DNA of 64,000 nucleotides from a virus. Below are positions 44,101 to 54,342 of the stretch, one piece after another. Below the pieces are notes generated by a model. That model was not told the DNA's origin and did no database searches. It saw only the letters and a program-made list of their open reading frames with translations. How positions within the stretch are numbered: position 1 is the first letter of the stretch; each line of letters begins with the position of its first letter. A program made the translations under genes and the position numbers. Where the stretch lies: positions 1 to 64,000 of the IMG/VR virus record IMGVR_UViG_3300042154_000876. One strand, given 5' to 3'.

Positions 44101-45142
44101 GCTGAAGGGGGCCACCCAGACTCTTGTAGGCGCTGGGGCAAAGGCTACCGACGTCCAAGACATTATCAACACCGGTGTTGATAATCTAAAGGATCAGAGA
44201 ATCCAAGGCATCTCTGATTATCAGGCCACTTTTAGGGGAATCCTTGATGCCGGATTTGCGGATGTGTTTGCTGGTAACAATGAGTCCCTAAAAAAATCTC
44301 TTATTGGTGCTGTCGGTACTGTTTCCAAGAGTGGGTTATATAGCCCCGAGGAAGCTGCTCAGCTTTTGGACCCTATTTTCGATGCAGCTGGTGGCGGTAA
44401 GGCCGGTCTTGCTGCAGTTAATAAGTACATTAAGAGTAAAAAGTTTGCTGATGTTGGTCTGTATACGTCGACTAGCGGGACAGAGGGTGAACTTCTTGCT
44501 AGGCAGGAAGCTCAGAGGAGAACAAGAGACGATTTTATTGCAAAAAATAGAGAAAAATCAAAAGAAACCTATGGCCCAGGGGTTAGTGCTCTAAAAAAGG
44601 CCATTGGCGACCTAGATACAGATATTCTAGGATTACGGGGAAATATAGAGTCTGATCAAATCCTGAAGATTCTTGGTTTTGAAGGCAAACGCAAGGAATT
44701 TAATCAAAAATTCTACTCCTCCAGTGGGTCGTTAGATAGAGAAAGACTCAGACCAGTGTTGGAAACTGCTCTATCAAAGCAAGAGACTCTGGCTTCTGGT
44801 GGGAGCACGGGTGTTCCGTTCGGACCTGGAATCGATGCCAAGGGCAACTCTATGATTAATAATCGATCATTCTTTAGAGGAACTAACCGGACAAACTCTG
44901 GAATACCTACGCCTGGATTTACCATCCCATCCGTATCTGGAGTTACAGCAAACGCTGCACCAACTGGCCCTAAAGGTACAGCAGCTGAGCCGATAAATGT
45001 GACCGATCCAAGCCTAAAGGGCTTGGGTCCAGCTATCACTAAACTTGCCAACGCTACCCCAAATGTTATGGTTGTCAATGTGAAGAATAAGAGTGAGCTC
45101 GATGCTCTATATAGAAAACTAGGATTACCCTCCATAACATGA
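41150..45142 (+). CDS. Tape measure protein
   Basis: 1330 aa, helical and Ala/Gly/Leu-rich with hydrophobic segments. N-terminal LAEIYVKVVADT, GGAGG RBS, follows the chaperones. Confidence 0.85.
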   Translation: MADLRNQLAEIYVKVVADTKESEKRARAIAKTEKETAEAQRKRAESAKKVQEEVARSGDKISKKQLKDILKRAGIEEVFNAEQIKMMEDMAKRKEKDAKFSEKVADRRKRKHELVEAHIMNLMTRFRDYSGRLDDEELKLNKSRNAQKLANYESFLKRASHEHSRFATRLDQRDMTASTLENMRRGFEKGILISNKWHKDENTLQRMSRSIGIMGSALNRTKNDSEMAASAFASLQRVSYNLQALFGVLGGSIGSLGGGLLSLIGVAGQAAYSLIAVGSAFASMGAGMIAARVALGGVGKAVSAMLDPQKKLQGALRNTRRELRNLRFDAEEAALSQEEAAINLEKAREELARVQDLPPDSRVRRETELQFQQAELNYRRAKARNKEAREDLKKGPAGSGTVDPLAALTKSQKAFAKYLVTLKPLMDQLKEAAASGFLPILQTSIQTLVDKAFPTLQSGLNILGTAMGNASKSFADAFTMPRTLEQLDSFFKSSKPVIETFGRALGNAFSGLLGALKSAQPLTDRFVKWVDTLSVRFQMWGNSSGLKSFLNLSGEVASRLGKTFSTVFGGLKNVLDATFPGGNINAGAGGVLLSWLQKLADGFKSFTGNTQFASWLKATTQNATTMLSSIGTLLKPLFDIAAMPEIGEFWTVLKGAAEPIKKMLEDGAKAGPEFAAMLVSIVKMFAQFSDSGALEAFFNTLNQIATVITEYILKPLKPVLDFWGRIHGALLAVGLAIIVAKTTLMVMAGIVGNVFGAIGKTSAAMTKFAVVTTTATLRYKGLRKEGLSAGAAVKGVSDQFVKTVRQAQATRRAALLVQMARDAGMSAAKLKQLEKQLDQVIMKQGIYSRSGMIGAVQGQTTKAGKPTALAQDPALAAAGKVGGSRFAGGRAAVGLGGGALALGSMAGTGGSALTTGLGMASMVASFLPGPLGLISGAVLGIGSAISSGFDAAAQAEKEKKDAEKQKKIQIEAARVDLQAENVNQLKGATQTLVGAGAKATDVQDIINTGVDNLKDQRIQGISDYQATFRGILDAGFADVFAGNNESLKKSLIGAVGTVSKSGLYSPEEAAQLLDPIFDAAGGGKAGLAAVNKYIKSKKFADVGLYTSTSGTEGELLARQEAQRRTRDDFIAKNREKSKETYGPGVSALKKAIGDLDTDILGLRGNIESDQILKILGFEGKRKEFNQKFYSSSGSLDRERLRPVLETALSKQETLASGGSTGVPFGPGIDAKGNSMINNRSFFRGTNRTNSGIPTPGFTIPSVSGVTANAAPTGPKGTAAEPINVTDPSLKGLGPAITKLANATPNVMVVNVKNKSELDALYRKLGLPSIT

Positions 45143-47013
45143 TAAACGACAACTTACTGCAAAACTCATCCTTTGATTACGGAACAACCGGCTATACCGC
45201 GCTAGTTAGCGCTACGCTTGCCACCACTACCTCTGACTCATTCATCAGCGGTGCCTCTCTAGAAGTTACTAGAAGTGGTAGTGCTGGCTCAGGTGTGGTT
45301 TCCGGATTGGTTTCTATTACCGCTGGTAACACCTACACGGTCTCTGGGTATGTAAGAGTTCCTACTGGAGAGACTTCCGGCGGGTTTGTGGCAAAGATTA
45401 CCTATTACGACTCTTCAAACGTGGCTACAACAAACGTAATCAGCTCTACGTCTACCATCTCGGATGCGAGTGGCTGGGTACGACTTTCTGCCACCAAGGC
45501 CTCTGCTGCCGGAGATGCGTATGTCTCCATCTCTATCTATCAGGTTGCTTCTGGAGCTAATGGTAAAAAGTTCTTAGTTGACTCTCTCAAGATTGAGAAC
45601 TCCATTGAAGCTACCCAGGTCTCTGACGGCATCCCTCAAGATGAAGAGACTAAAGCCGTACACGATGCTTTAGGTAAACTTTATCCTGGAGATCCCGAAA
45701 CTCGTCCATACATCACTGGACTCAAACTTGAGGGCGATATCAGCATAAACGGCCTAGTTCTAAACACCATTGACGAGAATAGCGTTGTGTGGATTTGTAC
45801 AGACATCAAGGGTTGGTGGTCACTGCCTACTCCTGAAGTTCCAAACATCCCTCGTGGGCTCGACGATGGTGCCTACGACGTGCGAGGACGCTGGCTACCG
45901 CGCGAGATTACCCTTGAAGGTTCAATACTTCCACCTAAGCCTTCGTACGCTCCAGCGGCTCGACAGCGCCTTATGGAGGCACTTGACTTGGTCTACACTG
46001 GCGGCTGGTTGAAGGTTAACGAGGACCCTTTGATGTCTGCCTATGTTCGCATTGTGGGTCAGCCTACTGTTGAGTCTGTAAACGCCCGCGGCCGCATCAA
46101 CTTCACTGTTCAGCTCCGCGCTGGTGACCCAGTTAAATATAGCTGGAACCCTAATGCCGCTGACGGCTACGCAACTAGCAACGTCGCAATCAATACTGTT
46201 GGCGGTGCATTGTCAAACACTACTATCACAAATGCTGGAAATACAAACACGGCTCCTGTATTCTCTTTGACTGGGCCTATGACCGCACCTGCTTATATCA
46301 AAAACGTAACAACTGGCAAAACCATAAAGATTGTCAAAAACCTTAGACCTAACACCACTGCATCAAACGTCACCACTAAGGTTCGGGTATCTGGAGTCTC
46401 TACCCTGACTACCGACGTCGCTCACAGCTTCTTGGTTGGCGACATCGTTACAGTTGCTGGCATGGGCTCTGGTGGGTCAGACCCGCACTACCAGTTGAAT
46501 GGTGACAAGGAAATCACTTCTGTTACGTCTACAACTATCAGTTTTGCTGATGCTGGCGTTAATGTTCTTACTGCAGTGCTTACCTCAAATGTGGTGACGC
46601 TAACCACTGACGCTAACCACAACTTCTCGACGGGTAGCATCTATGTTTCCAAGCTTGGCGCGCCATTCGACGGCACATATACGATTGCCTCTGCAAGCGG
46701 TACCTCTATTACCTATGCAAAAGTTAGTGCCAATACGGCGGTTAAGTACGAAGGTCTAGTTTCTTTAGATATCTCTAGCGCTAGTGATGCTGGAACTGCA
46801 ACCCTAAAGAGTGCCGACACCCTTGAGATCGACACATACAACACCACCGTTCTGTATCGCGGTCTGCCTGACTCGGCACGCTCTACTCTAGATGCTGGCG
46901 TTGACTGGATTAAACTTCAGCCTGGTGCTAATGACCTACGTCTAGAAAAAAGCAACGCCAGCGTGACTCCAGCCTCGTTCACTGTAAAATACAAGTCCGG
47001 CTGGATCGGGTAA
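45139..47013 (+). CDS. Distal-tail (Dit)-like minor tail protein with N-terminal carbohydrate-binding-like domain
   Basis: NLLQNSSFD..G..YTVSGYVR..W.RLS (CBM4-like). Dit-like core GWW..P..DGAY..PREITLEG..QLRAGDP.KY and WIKLQPGAN. Confidence 0.65.
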   Translation: MINDNLLQNSSFDYGTTGYTALVSATLATTTSDSFISGASLEVTRSGSAGSGVVSGLVSITAGNTYTVSGYVRVPTGETSGGFVAKITYYDSSNVATTNVISSTSTISDASGWVRLSATKASAAGDAYVSISIYQVASGANGKKFLVDSLKIENSIEATQVSDGIPQDEETKAVHDALGKLYPGDPETRPYITGLKLEGDISINGLVLNTIDENSVVWICTDIKGWWSLPTPEVPNIPRGLDDGAYDVRGRWLPREITLEGSILPPKPSYAPAARQRLMEALDLVYTGGWLKVNEDPLMSAYVRIVGQPTVESVNARGRINFTVQLRAGDPVKYSWNPNAADGYATSNVAINTVGGALSNTTITNAGNTNTAPVFSLTGPMTAPAYIKNVTTGKTIKIVKNLRPNTTASNVTTKVRVSGVSTLTTDVAHSFLVGDIVTVAGMGSGGSDPHYQLNGDKEITSVTSTTISFADAGVNVLTAVLTSNVVTLTTDANHNFSTGSIYVSKLGAPFDGTYTIASASGTSITYAKVSANTAVKYEGLVSLDISSASDAGTATLKSADTLEIDTYNTTVLYRGLPDSARSTLDAGVDWIKLQPGANDLRLEKSNASVTPASFTVKYKSGWIG

Positions 47014-47042
47014 AATAGTAGTAACGACGACTACGAGGTAAG

Positions 47043-50000
47043 ATGCCAGACGCACTGTATGCAAGTACCACCCCTGAGACCGCACCGGTCTACGCTTACT
47101 ATACCGTAAACATCGTTACTAATGAAGTATTGGCTCAGATTCCGTTTGAGGATGTGTCTTACGAGCGTAGAGTTAAAGAGCCAGGCGCATTTGAAGGTGC
47201 AATCTCTATCACCGGTCAGACAGAAGACCTAGACCTCTACAACAGCACCATGCCTGGTAAGGTCGCTCTCTATGTTACCCGTAACGGCGTCTGCGTTTGG
47301 GGCGGTATTATTTGGGGCCGCACTTACGACCTAGTTGAGCGAGCTCTTTCAATCTCAGCTTTGGAGTTTAGCAGCTACCTACAGAAGCGTGTGATTTGGA
47401 AGACTTACTCTTACAAGTTTGAGTGCGAGATTTTAAAGACCACTAAGGCGGGGGACGCCAAAATCACTCTTACTAAAAACAAAATAAAAATCCCCCTTAA
47501 GGCCGTTGACAGCAAGGGCGAAGCAACTAAGGTCTACGTCTCGTTCACTGAGTCAAATCTTGTACAATACACCGGCTACTACTCGGTCTCTCCGTCACCG
47601 GAGCCTACTCAAACGGAGTTCTACGTATCGATTCCAAAACTACCGGCGTCTGCTGGAGTCTACCAATCTGTTTCTGTGTCCGTGAAAGTAGACACCTACG
47701 ACTACATTCGTGAAATGCTAAACGACGTTCTTAAGGATTTTTCTGACACTACGTTTGCGAACGAGATCATTGCTCCTGGAATCAAAGAGCCGCACATCAT
47801 TACCCACCGGGGAGCCTCTGACAACGTTGTGACGATCACTACCGAAGACAGACATGGTATGGTAACTGGCCAACGAATCGACATCTTCAACATCAATAAG
47901 ACCCTGTGCGGTAAGCAGACTGTTTCTGAAGTAACCACCCCGTATCAGTTCAAGTATATTGTGCCAGTTCTAAATATCACCCATGTTGAGCGAGCTTCCG
48001 GTGTCGCTACTGTTTACATAGACACGTCGGGAGGTCAGTACGTACCTTTTGTAGTTGATCAGGAAGTTATCATCACATCTAGTGATTCTGGGTTCAATAA
48101 TAGCGGTGCCGCAGTGGCGATTACTGCGGTTACTGAGAGTTCTATATCCTATGAGAATGCTGGATCAAACGCAGCCAAGACTTCCGCCACTGGTAAAGTC
48201 ACTATTGCAAATGTCACTTATGGTACTGTCGATGCTGAAAACTACAGAGTTTATTCCCGCGAGATCACCTCTACCGGAAAAAAGAATATTGAGTACGTAA
48301 AGCGCGTGGCTGGAGATACTTGGGTTTGGACTACTGCCCCTCACGGTTTTAAAAAAGCAGACAAGGTTTTAGTCACTTTTGCTGATATTAACGACTATGA
48401 AACTTTAAATAATGACAAGATTCCAGTAAGCATTCTTAGCACCACAACATACAGCTTTAAGTATCGTCAAGATAGCTACTCTAATTCAAAGTATGACATC
48501 AAGGGTAGTGATGGCAGTAGGGTCACTATGGCCAAACCGTCTAAACACAAAGCTGTGCTTGCCACTCCTGTAAAACGTTTAAAGATAAACACCGCCGGAA
48601 CGCACACGTTTGGTGTGGACGATTTGGTTCACGTACGCGGAGTTGATAGAATCGACTGGACCAGCTCGATCTATGATGGGTACCACAAGGTTGCGGAACT
48701 GGATACATCCGAGGGCATTGCCTCAGCTGAAGTGCTAACTACAACTGACTTTAGCGTTACCTCTGACCTGGTAGTTACTCTTTGGTTAAACAGAGAGCAC
48801 GGGGTGTCGGTTGGTGACCTTATTGAGGTGACTGGCTTTACATCGACGTTGGCTACTCTAAATACAAAGACTAGAGTAACTGACGTTTATGACGTTGAAG
48901 GCGCTGCTTCCGGGGTATCTTGGGTTCAGTATAAGCTAGGCAAAAAGAGGGCTAACGTAGCTAAAACCGCTAGCACAGCTGGTAAGGTTGCCGTCTTCGG
49001 AGCAAGCTGGTTTACTTTTGAAATGCCCGAGTGGGGGGCTACTAGAGAGCCAGATGACACCATTCAGGTTACTCATGTCAAGTATAAAAAAGCAGGCCGA
49101 GTTGTCACGCTAACAACTGCCACTAAACACAACTGCACCGTAGGCGACCGTGTCAAAGTAGATATTAAAGGCAAGCTATATGATGGCACCCACACTATCA
49201 CTGCTGCTTGGACAGATGCTGATCAAATTTCATATAGCCTACCGTCCAGCACTAAGGATCTTCCTAGCACCAATATAGGAACTAAAGCCGTCACCGGAAG
49301 CATTACTAGAGTAAAAACAAGCGTTGGCTATATTCCGACGCTATCGGTCCCAATCGATAGACTTGGTCGTGACGCTAACTTAGCCACCATATATTCTGTT
49401 GATCACGATTTTGCTACTGGCGACAACATTACCATTGAGATTGACCCGACTGAGTCTACATACAGTTCTTTTGAAAACAGCGGCAACGTTATTCCAATAA
49501 CTGCTACCACAGACAATACTTATTCATATGCCAGTGTCGGCAGTGATGTCGGTGTATTTACAGTCACCGCTGCAAACGTTGTGTCTAACGTTGCCACTCT
49601 AACCACGTCTACTGCTCATGGGTATGCTGTAGGTCAAAGCGTTAACGTTTCTAAAATCAATGCCACCTACAACGGAACCCACGTCATCACTGCGGTCAGC
49701 GTTAGTCCCAGCTGGTTTAAATACGCATTAAAAACATCTAATACATCATCTGCTGGACTGTCCGGTAGGGCCTCTTCTACGGCTGGCGTCACCGCCAACC
49801 TACACTATGCCTACATTGACTACACCAATATTGGTCGTAGTCAAGCGGTTACCAATCTATCTAGTGCATCTGACGTTGTCACTATGACCTCGGCTGATCA
49901 CGGATTCGTCGTCGGTGACTACGTGATTACCTATGTTAAAGGCAAGACCTATAATGCTTTTAAAAATGGAAACCAGCCGGTTAGAATTAAGTCAGTCACT

Positions 50001-51023
50001 ACAAACACTTTTACTTATGACTCTCTTGCTGGGTATTTGACAGGTACCGTATCCTCAACTGCTGTTGAAGGCTATGTTGTATTCGCTCCTCAGATTGAAA
50101 AAACTCCTGTGGCTATGACTCGCACCTACGGAGAGTTCCCTAGCAACTCTGCTATGGGAGGCTTGGAGTTCTCTACAGATGAGTACAGCTCTACCCAGTA
50201 TCCAAATGACACTATTCGCGGTAGTGATTTGATTACGGTGTTTGAGCACCTAGAGCGCTACACTAGCACCAAAGATGGTTTTGACTATAGGATTGACTGC
50301 TCGCTAGTTGAGGGGTATGGAGACAAAAAGAAGTTTAAACGCACTTTTGTTTTGATTCCTCGCATCCCAGAAATTCTGCAGGACTACCTAGATACGCTTC
50401 CTGATAAACAACTATCTCCTGGCACCTATGCCCCGCCTTCGGCGTTTGGGGCAGACCGGATTGTGTTTGAGTACCCCGGTAACATTCAAAACGTCAGCTT
50501 CTCTGAGAACACAACTAACTCTGCGACTCGGGTGTTTGTTGTTGGAAATAATGATGATGTCGGTGGCTCAGCAAGTGCTCGATACTCTGCGTCGGCATCT
50601 ACTGATCTATTGAATGATGGTTGGCCTTTGATTGATAAAGTTGAAAAAGTAGAGTGGCCAGTTAAAGGCATCAATGCCGTCAATACTGATGATTGGGGTA
50701 ACTATGATGCTGAAAAGGATTTACAACTTACTTCTGAAAGATTCTTGAACGAAACTAAGCCTCCTTCAGGTGACATTATAATTAGTGTAAATGGTTCTTT
50801 AAATCCAGAAATCGGTACGTTTAATCCGGGCGATTGGTGTTCAGTTGTCATTCGTGACAACTTTGTCCAGCAGCGTATGTACAGCACTTTGGAGCCTAGA
50901 AAAGATGTAATCGTTAGAAAGATTGATGGTATTCGCGTGGCTGTGCCAAACAGCCCTGCGTTCCCGGAAATGATTGATCTAACCCTAATAGCTGAATGGC
51001 AGGTGGACAAGGTTGGCAAGTAG
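47043..51023 (+). CDS. Large minor tail (baseplate hub/Tal-like) protein with about 9 inserted beta-barrel repeats
   Basis: LYVTRNGVCVWGGIIW N-terminus, GFDYRIDC..FEYPGNI..GDWC C-terminus, and internal H-G-x-x-x-G-D-x-V repeats. Confidence 0.65.
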   Translation: MPDALYASTTPETAPVYAYYTVNIVTNEVLAQIPFEDVSYERRVKEPGAFEGAISITGQTEDLDLYNSTMPGKVALYVTRNGVCVWGGIIWGRTYDLVERALSISALEFSSYLQKRVIWKTYSYKFECEILKTTKAGDAKITLTKNKIKIPLKAVDSKGEATKVYVSFTESNLVQYTGYYSVSPSPEPTQTEFYVSIPKLPASAGVYQSVSVSVKVDTYDYIREMLNDVLKDFSDTTFANEIIAPGIKEPHIITHRGASDNVVTITTEDRHGMVTGQRIDIFNINKTLCGKQTVSEVTTPYQFKYIVPVLNITHVERASGVATVYIDTSGGQYVPFVVDQEVIITSSDSGFNNSGAAVAITAVTESSISYENAGSNAAKTSATGKVTIANVTYGTVDAENYRVYSREITSTGKKNIEYVKRVAGDTWVWTTAPHGFKKADKVLVTFADINDYETLNNDKIPVSILSTTTYSFKYRQDSYSNSKYDIKGSDGSRVTMAKPSKHKAVLATPVKRLKINTAGTHTFGVDDLVHVRGVDRIDWTSSIYDGYHKVAELDTSEGIASAEVLTTTDFSVTSDLVVTLWLNREHGVSVGDLIEVTGFTSTLATLNTKTRVTDVYDVEGAASGVSWVQYKLGKKRANVAKTASTAGKVAVFGASWFTFEMPEWGATREPDDTIQVTHVKYKKAGRVVTLTTATKHNCTVGDRVKVDIKGKLYDGTHTITAAWTDADQISYSLPSSTKDLPSTNIGTKAVTGSITRVKTSVGYIPTLSVPIDRLGRDANLATIYSVDHDFATGDNITIEIDPTESTYSSFENSGNVIPITATTDNTYSYASVGSDVGVFTVTAANVVSNVATLTTSTAHGYAVGQSVNVSKINATYNGTHVITAVSVSPSWFKYALKTSNTSSAGLSGRASSTAGVTANLHYAYIDYTNIGRSQAVTNLSSASDVVTMTSADHGFVVGDYVITYVKGKTYNAFKNGNQPVRIKSVTTNTFTYDSLAGYLTGTVSSTAVEGYVVFAPQIEKTPVAMTRTYGEFPSNSAMGGLEFSTDEYSSTQYPNDTIRGSDLITVFEHLERYTSTKDGFDYRIDCSLVEGYGDKKKFKRTFVLIPRIPEILQDYLDTLPDKQLSPGTYAPPSAFGADRIVFEYPGNIQNVSFSENTTNSATRVFVVGNNDDVGGSASARYSASASTDLLNDGWPLIDKVEKVEWPVKGINAVNTDDWGNYDAEKDLQLTSERFLNETKPPSGDIIISVNGSLNPEIGTFNPGDWCSVVIRDNFVQQRMYSTLEPRKDVIVRKIDGIRVAVPNSPAFPEMIDLTLIAEWQVDKVGK

Positions 51024-54000
51024 ACGTATTGCTAGAACTAAAAGCCTATCTGGTTACCTAGGATCGATCTCCCAGGAGCTTGGCGAAGCACGCCTAAGAA
51101 ACTTTAGTACGTCTATCTCGGCTGAGGCTATCGACGCCAGCACTCTGTCTGAAGAAGTTCAGATCCTAGACAAGGCAATTCAAAGCGACAACTACGCGCC
51201 GGGGGCGGATGGCTGGCGTATCGACGGATCTGGAAACGCCGAGTTTGGTAACGTCTACGTTCGCGGTGACATCAATGCACTGTCGGGAACTATTGGCTAC
51301 TGGAATATCTCCAACCCGTTGGTTGATCGCACGTTTGGCACTACTACTCTGCATGGCACCTTCCTAGAAAGTTTTGATCACGGACCTACCGATGTCGACG
51401 CTGTCAGCGGCACCTACGTCTCCCTGTTTAAGTCTTATGAAGACATCGAAACCAATTTCACTGCTGTAAAACTTGAGTCTAACAAGGTCACTCTAACAAT
51501 CTCTGGCCATACGTACAGTGTTGGCGACCCCCTTATTGTTAGTTTTGATGATGCTACATACACCGCTCTGGAGTCTTCTCAAACATCGCTAGTTACTATT
51601 TCAGAGACAACCTATGAGACTATTAGCTATAGTGTAGGTTCTTACAATGCTAGCGGTGCAGCAGATGTTGCAACAACTGAAACTGCTGGAACCATCAAAA
51701 TTTACTATGATGACGTTGCCGGCCTCTACCTTCGTGACTACGGCAAAGCCGAGTTCGACTACGGATACTTTTCTAATAGAGGCGTCTCTTATGTGTCGTC
51801 ACCAGAAGTCAACTTTATGTACAACCCAAGCTTTGAGTATATAAACTCATCTTCTGTGCGTGTAGGTAGCACGACTTCCTGGGATCTTGCGAATCTCACA
51901 AGTTATGCCCAAACAAAAGCTATAACTAATGCCGTACAGAGCGGGACTACCGTAACTCTTACGGTTGGTTCTGGCCATGGGTTTGTTATTGGTGATCAAG
52001 TTGATGTTAATGATGTTACGACAGTTGGATACACTGCCCTAAATAATGACAATGAAGTAGTGCTGACTGGGGTGGCTACTTCTACAATTACTTACACCTC
52101 TGGAACCAGTAGAACCCTGACCAGTGCTGCATGTAATGGAAACGTTGTTCGCACCGCGGCGGTAGATCCTGACGTATTGCTCAGTCGAGGGTCTTTTACA
52201 GCTGCATATGCTATGCAAAGTACGTACGGTATCCACCATGAGTGGACCACCACTGCCGGGGATGACTATCTAATTGGAACCATTGACTACAGCGAGATTT
52301 TAAATAAAAAGTACACATCCTCGCTGCTTCCTATTTACTTTGGATTTGACGCGTTTATAGCCGCGGATATGAATCCAATAACTGCAACCGCTGTGACAGC
52401 GAATGCCACTTCAGGTTCGATCACTGTAACCGTAGATCAAGCACCGAGCAACGATGGAATTGCTATTGGTGACTATGTATATCTGAGTTTTGTAGGAACT
52501 AGCCCTAGTAGCGGAGAGGATTTAATAGCTACAGGGTCTTATACGCCTTCAGAGCTATCTAGAATTTATGTTGTTACTGCTGTTGATAACACGTCTCCAG
52601 GGTTTAGCCTAACTGTGTCTCAAGCTGGTGGCATCAATACTACAGAGACTTTGACGCTATCTGCTCTAAAAGACGGTGACGGCGAAGATAGGGCCTACTT
52701 TGTGTCTAAGGTTATAGCGGGAGCACTTAACCTGGAGGACATATACATAACTTTTGGTGCTGTTGATGTCCCTCTAGCCAACGTTGTAGACACTAAAACT
52801 ACTGCGATATGGGCCGCAGGCGGTAATTACTACTACACTAATAATCCGTCTTCTCTAATGAATAGATTGCTGGATACCTCTTTTGGCGAGGCAAACCAGA
52901 CAATTACCCCGATGTCGAATCCTTATCCTGTAGTAATCGACAGCAGCAAACTCTATACCGAGTATAAAGCCAATGATCCTGCTGGTCTGGCCGCGGAAAA
53001 TACAATCAAAATTAAAATCCCTAACTGGGCCTACAAACTTACGTTTTCTAGTGTTGGTACTGGTATAGCAGTCTCTGCTACTAAAGCTACGTCCTACTCC
53101 GGAAACAACCTCTACCTTGTGTATGACAGTTTTAGTTTTAGCACCGTTAGTACTCCATTTTATGGAGACACTATAGGGGCACTTTCAAACTATGACTGGA
53201 AGACATCAGCTAGTGCTCCGTCCAGCGTGTCTGCTAGCGTACTTGGAACATACTGGATTGATCTAAATCTTGATTCAAACACATTTAATTTAAATGGTTT
53301 GGACTACATTGGGTTCTCGTCTAAAACCTATGCTTATTCCTACAGAGCTCCAGCTAATATAAACACGTATATGGGTCTGGGAACCGTCGCCTATGCACCT
53401 GACACTTCTGCGTTTACAGATCCAGACCTGCACTATCTAAACATTAGTTCTGCTGTTCTTCAATTTCCTGATCCAACTACGCTATATGCAAATGGGGTCT
53501 ACACAAGGACAAGAAGCTACATTGACGTAGTCTCGTCTTACGGTGCTTCTGGTGTAGAGATGTCTGCCCTATTTGAACGTTTAGATTCGTCTGAGATTGT
53601 TGTAAATACTCAAAAGTCATCAATCATTGCCTACATTGACGAAGACGATAAATCACCTCGTATTGCCCTGAATGGTCTTATGATTGACTTAAATGGTGCT
53701 GTAACTGCAGATAACATTACTGCAAATAAGATTCGACTGACTCCTGCTGTAGACCTGAGTGCTTCTTCTACTGAACACAACTTCCAAATTGGAGAAAGCA
53801 ACGGCCTCAACCTTAGAATTGATAACAATGAAATTGAGGCCCTCAATAACGGGGTTGGAGCAAACCTAAACTTAAATGGTGCTGGCAGCGGGACTGTTGT
53901 ATTTGGTGGTCTACTTGACTCAAACGACACCTATGCCAACGACATCACAACCACCCGTCGAGCCATGTGGATCTCGTCCGCTGGAGTCATGGGTTACGCA

Positions 54001-54297
54001 TCTTCAAGCCGCACCAAGAAGCAGGACATTGTTTCGGCAAACATTGACATAAACTCTGTTTTGTCAGTAGAACCTAAACAGTTTAGATATATCAAAGCCG
54101 TCGAGCAGTTTGGAAATGACGCCCCTATTGAGCTAGGTATGATTGCTGAAGACCTACATGATGCCGGGCTTACCCACTTTGTGGACTATGGTCCAGACGG
54201 AGACATTCAGGGTATCCACTACAGCACCTATGTAGTTGCACTACAGGCCGTAGTTAGGGACTTAGCCGCTCGTATTGCTAGATTAGAGAACGAATAA
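51013..54297 (+). CDS. Tail fibre/spike with C-terminal intramolecular chaperone (peptidase S74-like)
   Basis: GWRIDGSGNAEFGNVYVRG near the N-terminus. C-terminal SSSRTKKQDI..PKQFRY..LGMIAEDL..Y followed by a coiled coil. Confidence 0.7.
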   Translation: MASRRIARTKSLSGYLGSISQELGEARLRNFSTSISAEAIDASTLSEEVQILDKAIQSDNYAPGADGWRIDGSGNAEFGNVYVRGDINALSGTIGYWNISNPLVDRTFGTTTLHGTFLESFDHGPTDVDAVSGTYVSLFKSYEDIETNFTAVKLESNKVTLTISGHTYSVGDPLIVSFDDATYTALESSQTSLVTISETTYETISYSVGSYNASGAADVATTETAGTIKIYYDDVAGLYLRDYGKAEFDYGYFSNRGVSYVSSPEVNFMYNPSFEYINSSSVRVGSTTSWDLANLTSYAQTKAITNAVQSGTTVTLTVGSGHGFVIGDQVDVNDVTTVGYTALNNDNEVVLTGVATSTITYTSGTSRTLTSAACNGNVVRTAAVDPDVLLSRGSFTAAYAMQSTYGIHHEWTTTAGDDYLIGTIDYSEILNKKYTSSLLPIYFGFDAFIAADMNPITATAVTANATSGSITVTVDQAPSNDGIAIGDYVYLSFVGTSPSSGEDLIATGSYTPSELSRIYVVTAVDNTSPGFSLTVSQAGGINTTETLTLSALKDGDGEDRAYFVSKVIAGALNLEDIYITFGAVDVPLANVVDTKTTAIWAAGGNYYYTNNPSSLMNRLLDTSFGEANQTITPMSNPYPVVIDSSKLYTEYKANDPAGLAAENTIKIKIPNWAYKLTFSSVGTGIAVSATKATSYSGNNLYLVYDSFSFSTVSTPFYGDTIGALSNYDWKTSASAPSSVSASVLGTYWIDLNLDSNTFNLNGLDYIGFSSKTYAYSYRAPANINTYMGLGTVAYAPDTSAFTDPDLHYLNISSAVLQFPDPTTLYANGVYTRTRSYIDVVSSYGASGVEMSALFERLDSSEIVVNTQKSSIIAYIDEDDKSPRIALNGLMIDLNGAVTADNITANKIRLTPAVDLSASSTEHNFQIGESNGLNLRIDNNEIEALNNGVGANLNLNGAGSGTVVFGGLLDSNDTYANDITTTRRAMWISSAGVMGYASSSRTKKQDIVSANIDINSVLSVEPKQFRYIKAVEQFGNDAPIELGMIAEDLHDAGLTHFVDYGPDGDIQGIHYSTYVVALQAVVRDLAARIARLENE

Positions 54298-54332
54298 AAA
54301 TAGACTGAAAAGATAAATTTTCAGCCTATTTT
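54297..54332. terminator. Bidirectional terminator between the convergent arms
   Basis: AAAATAG.CTGAAAA-GATAAA-TTTTCAG.CTATTTT inverted repeat between convergent stop codons. Confidence 0.55.
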
Positions 54333-54342
54333 AGTGAACCGA

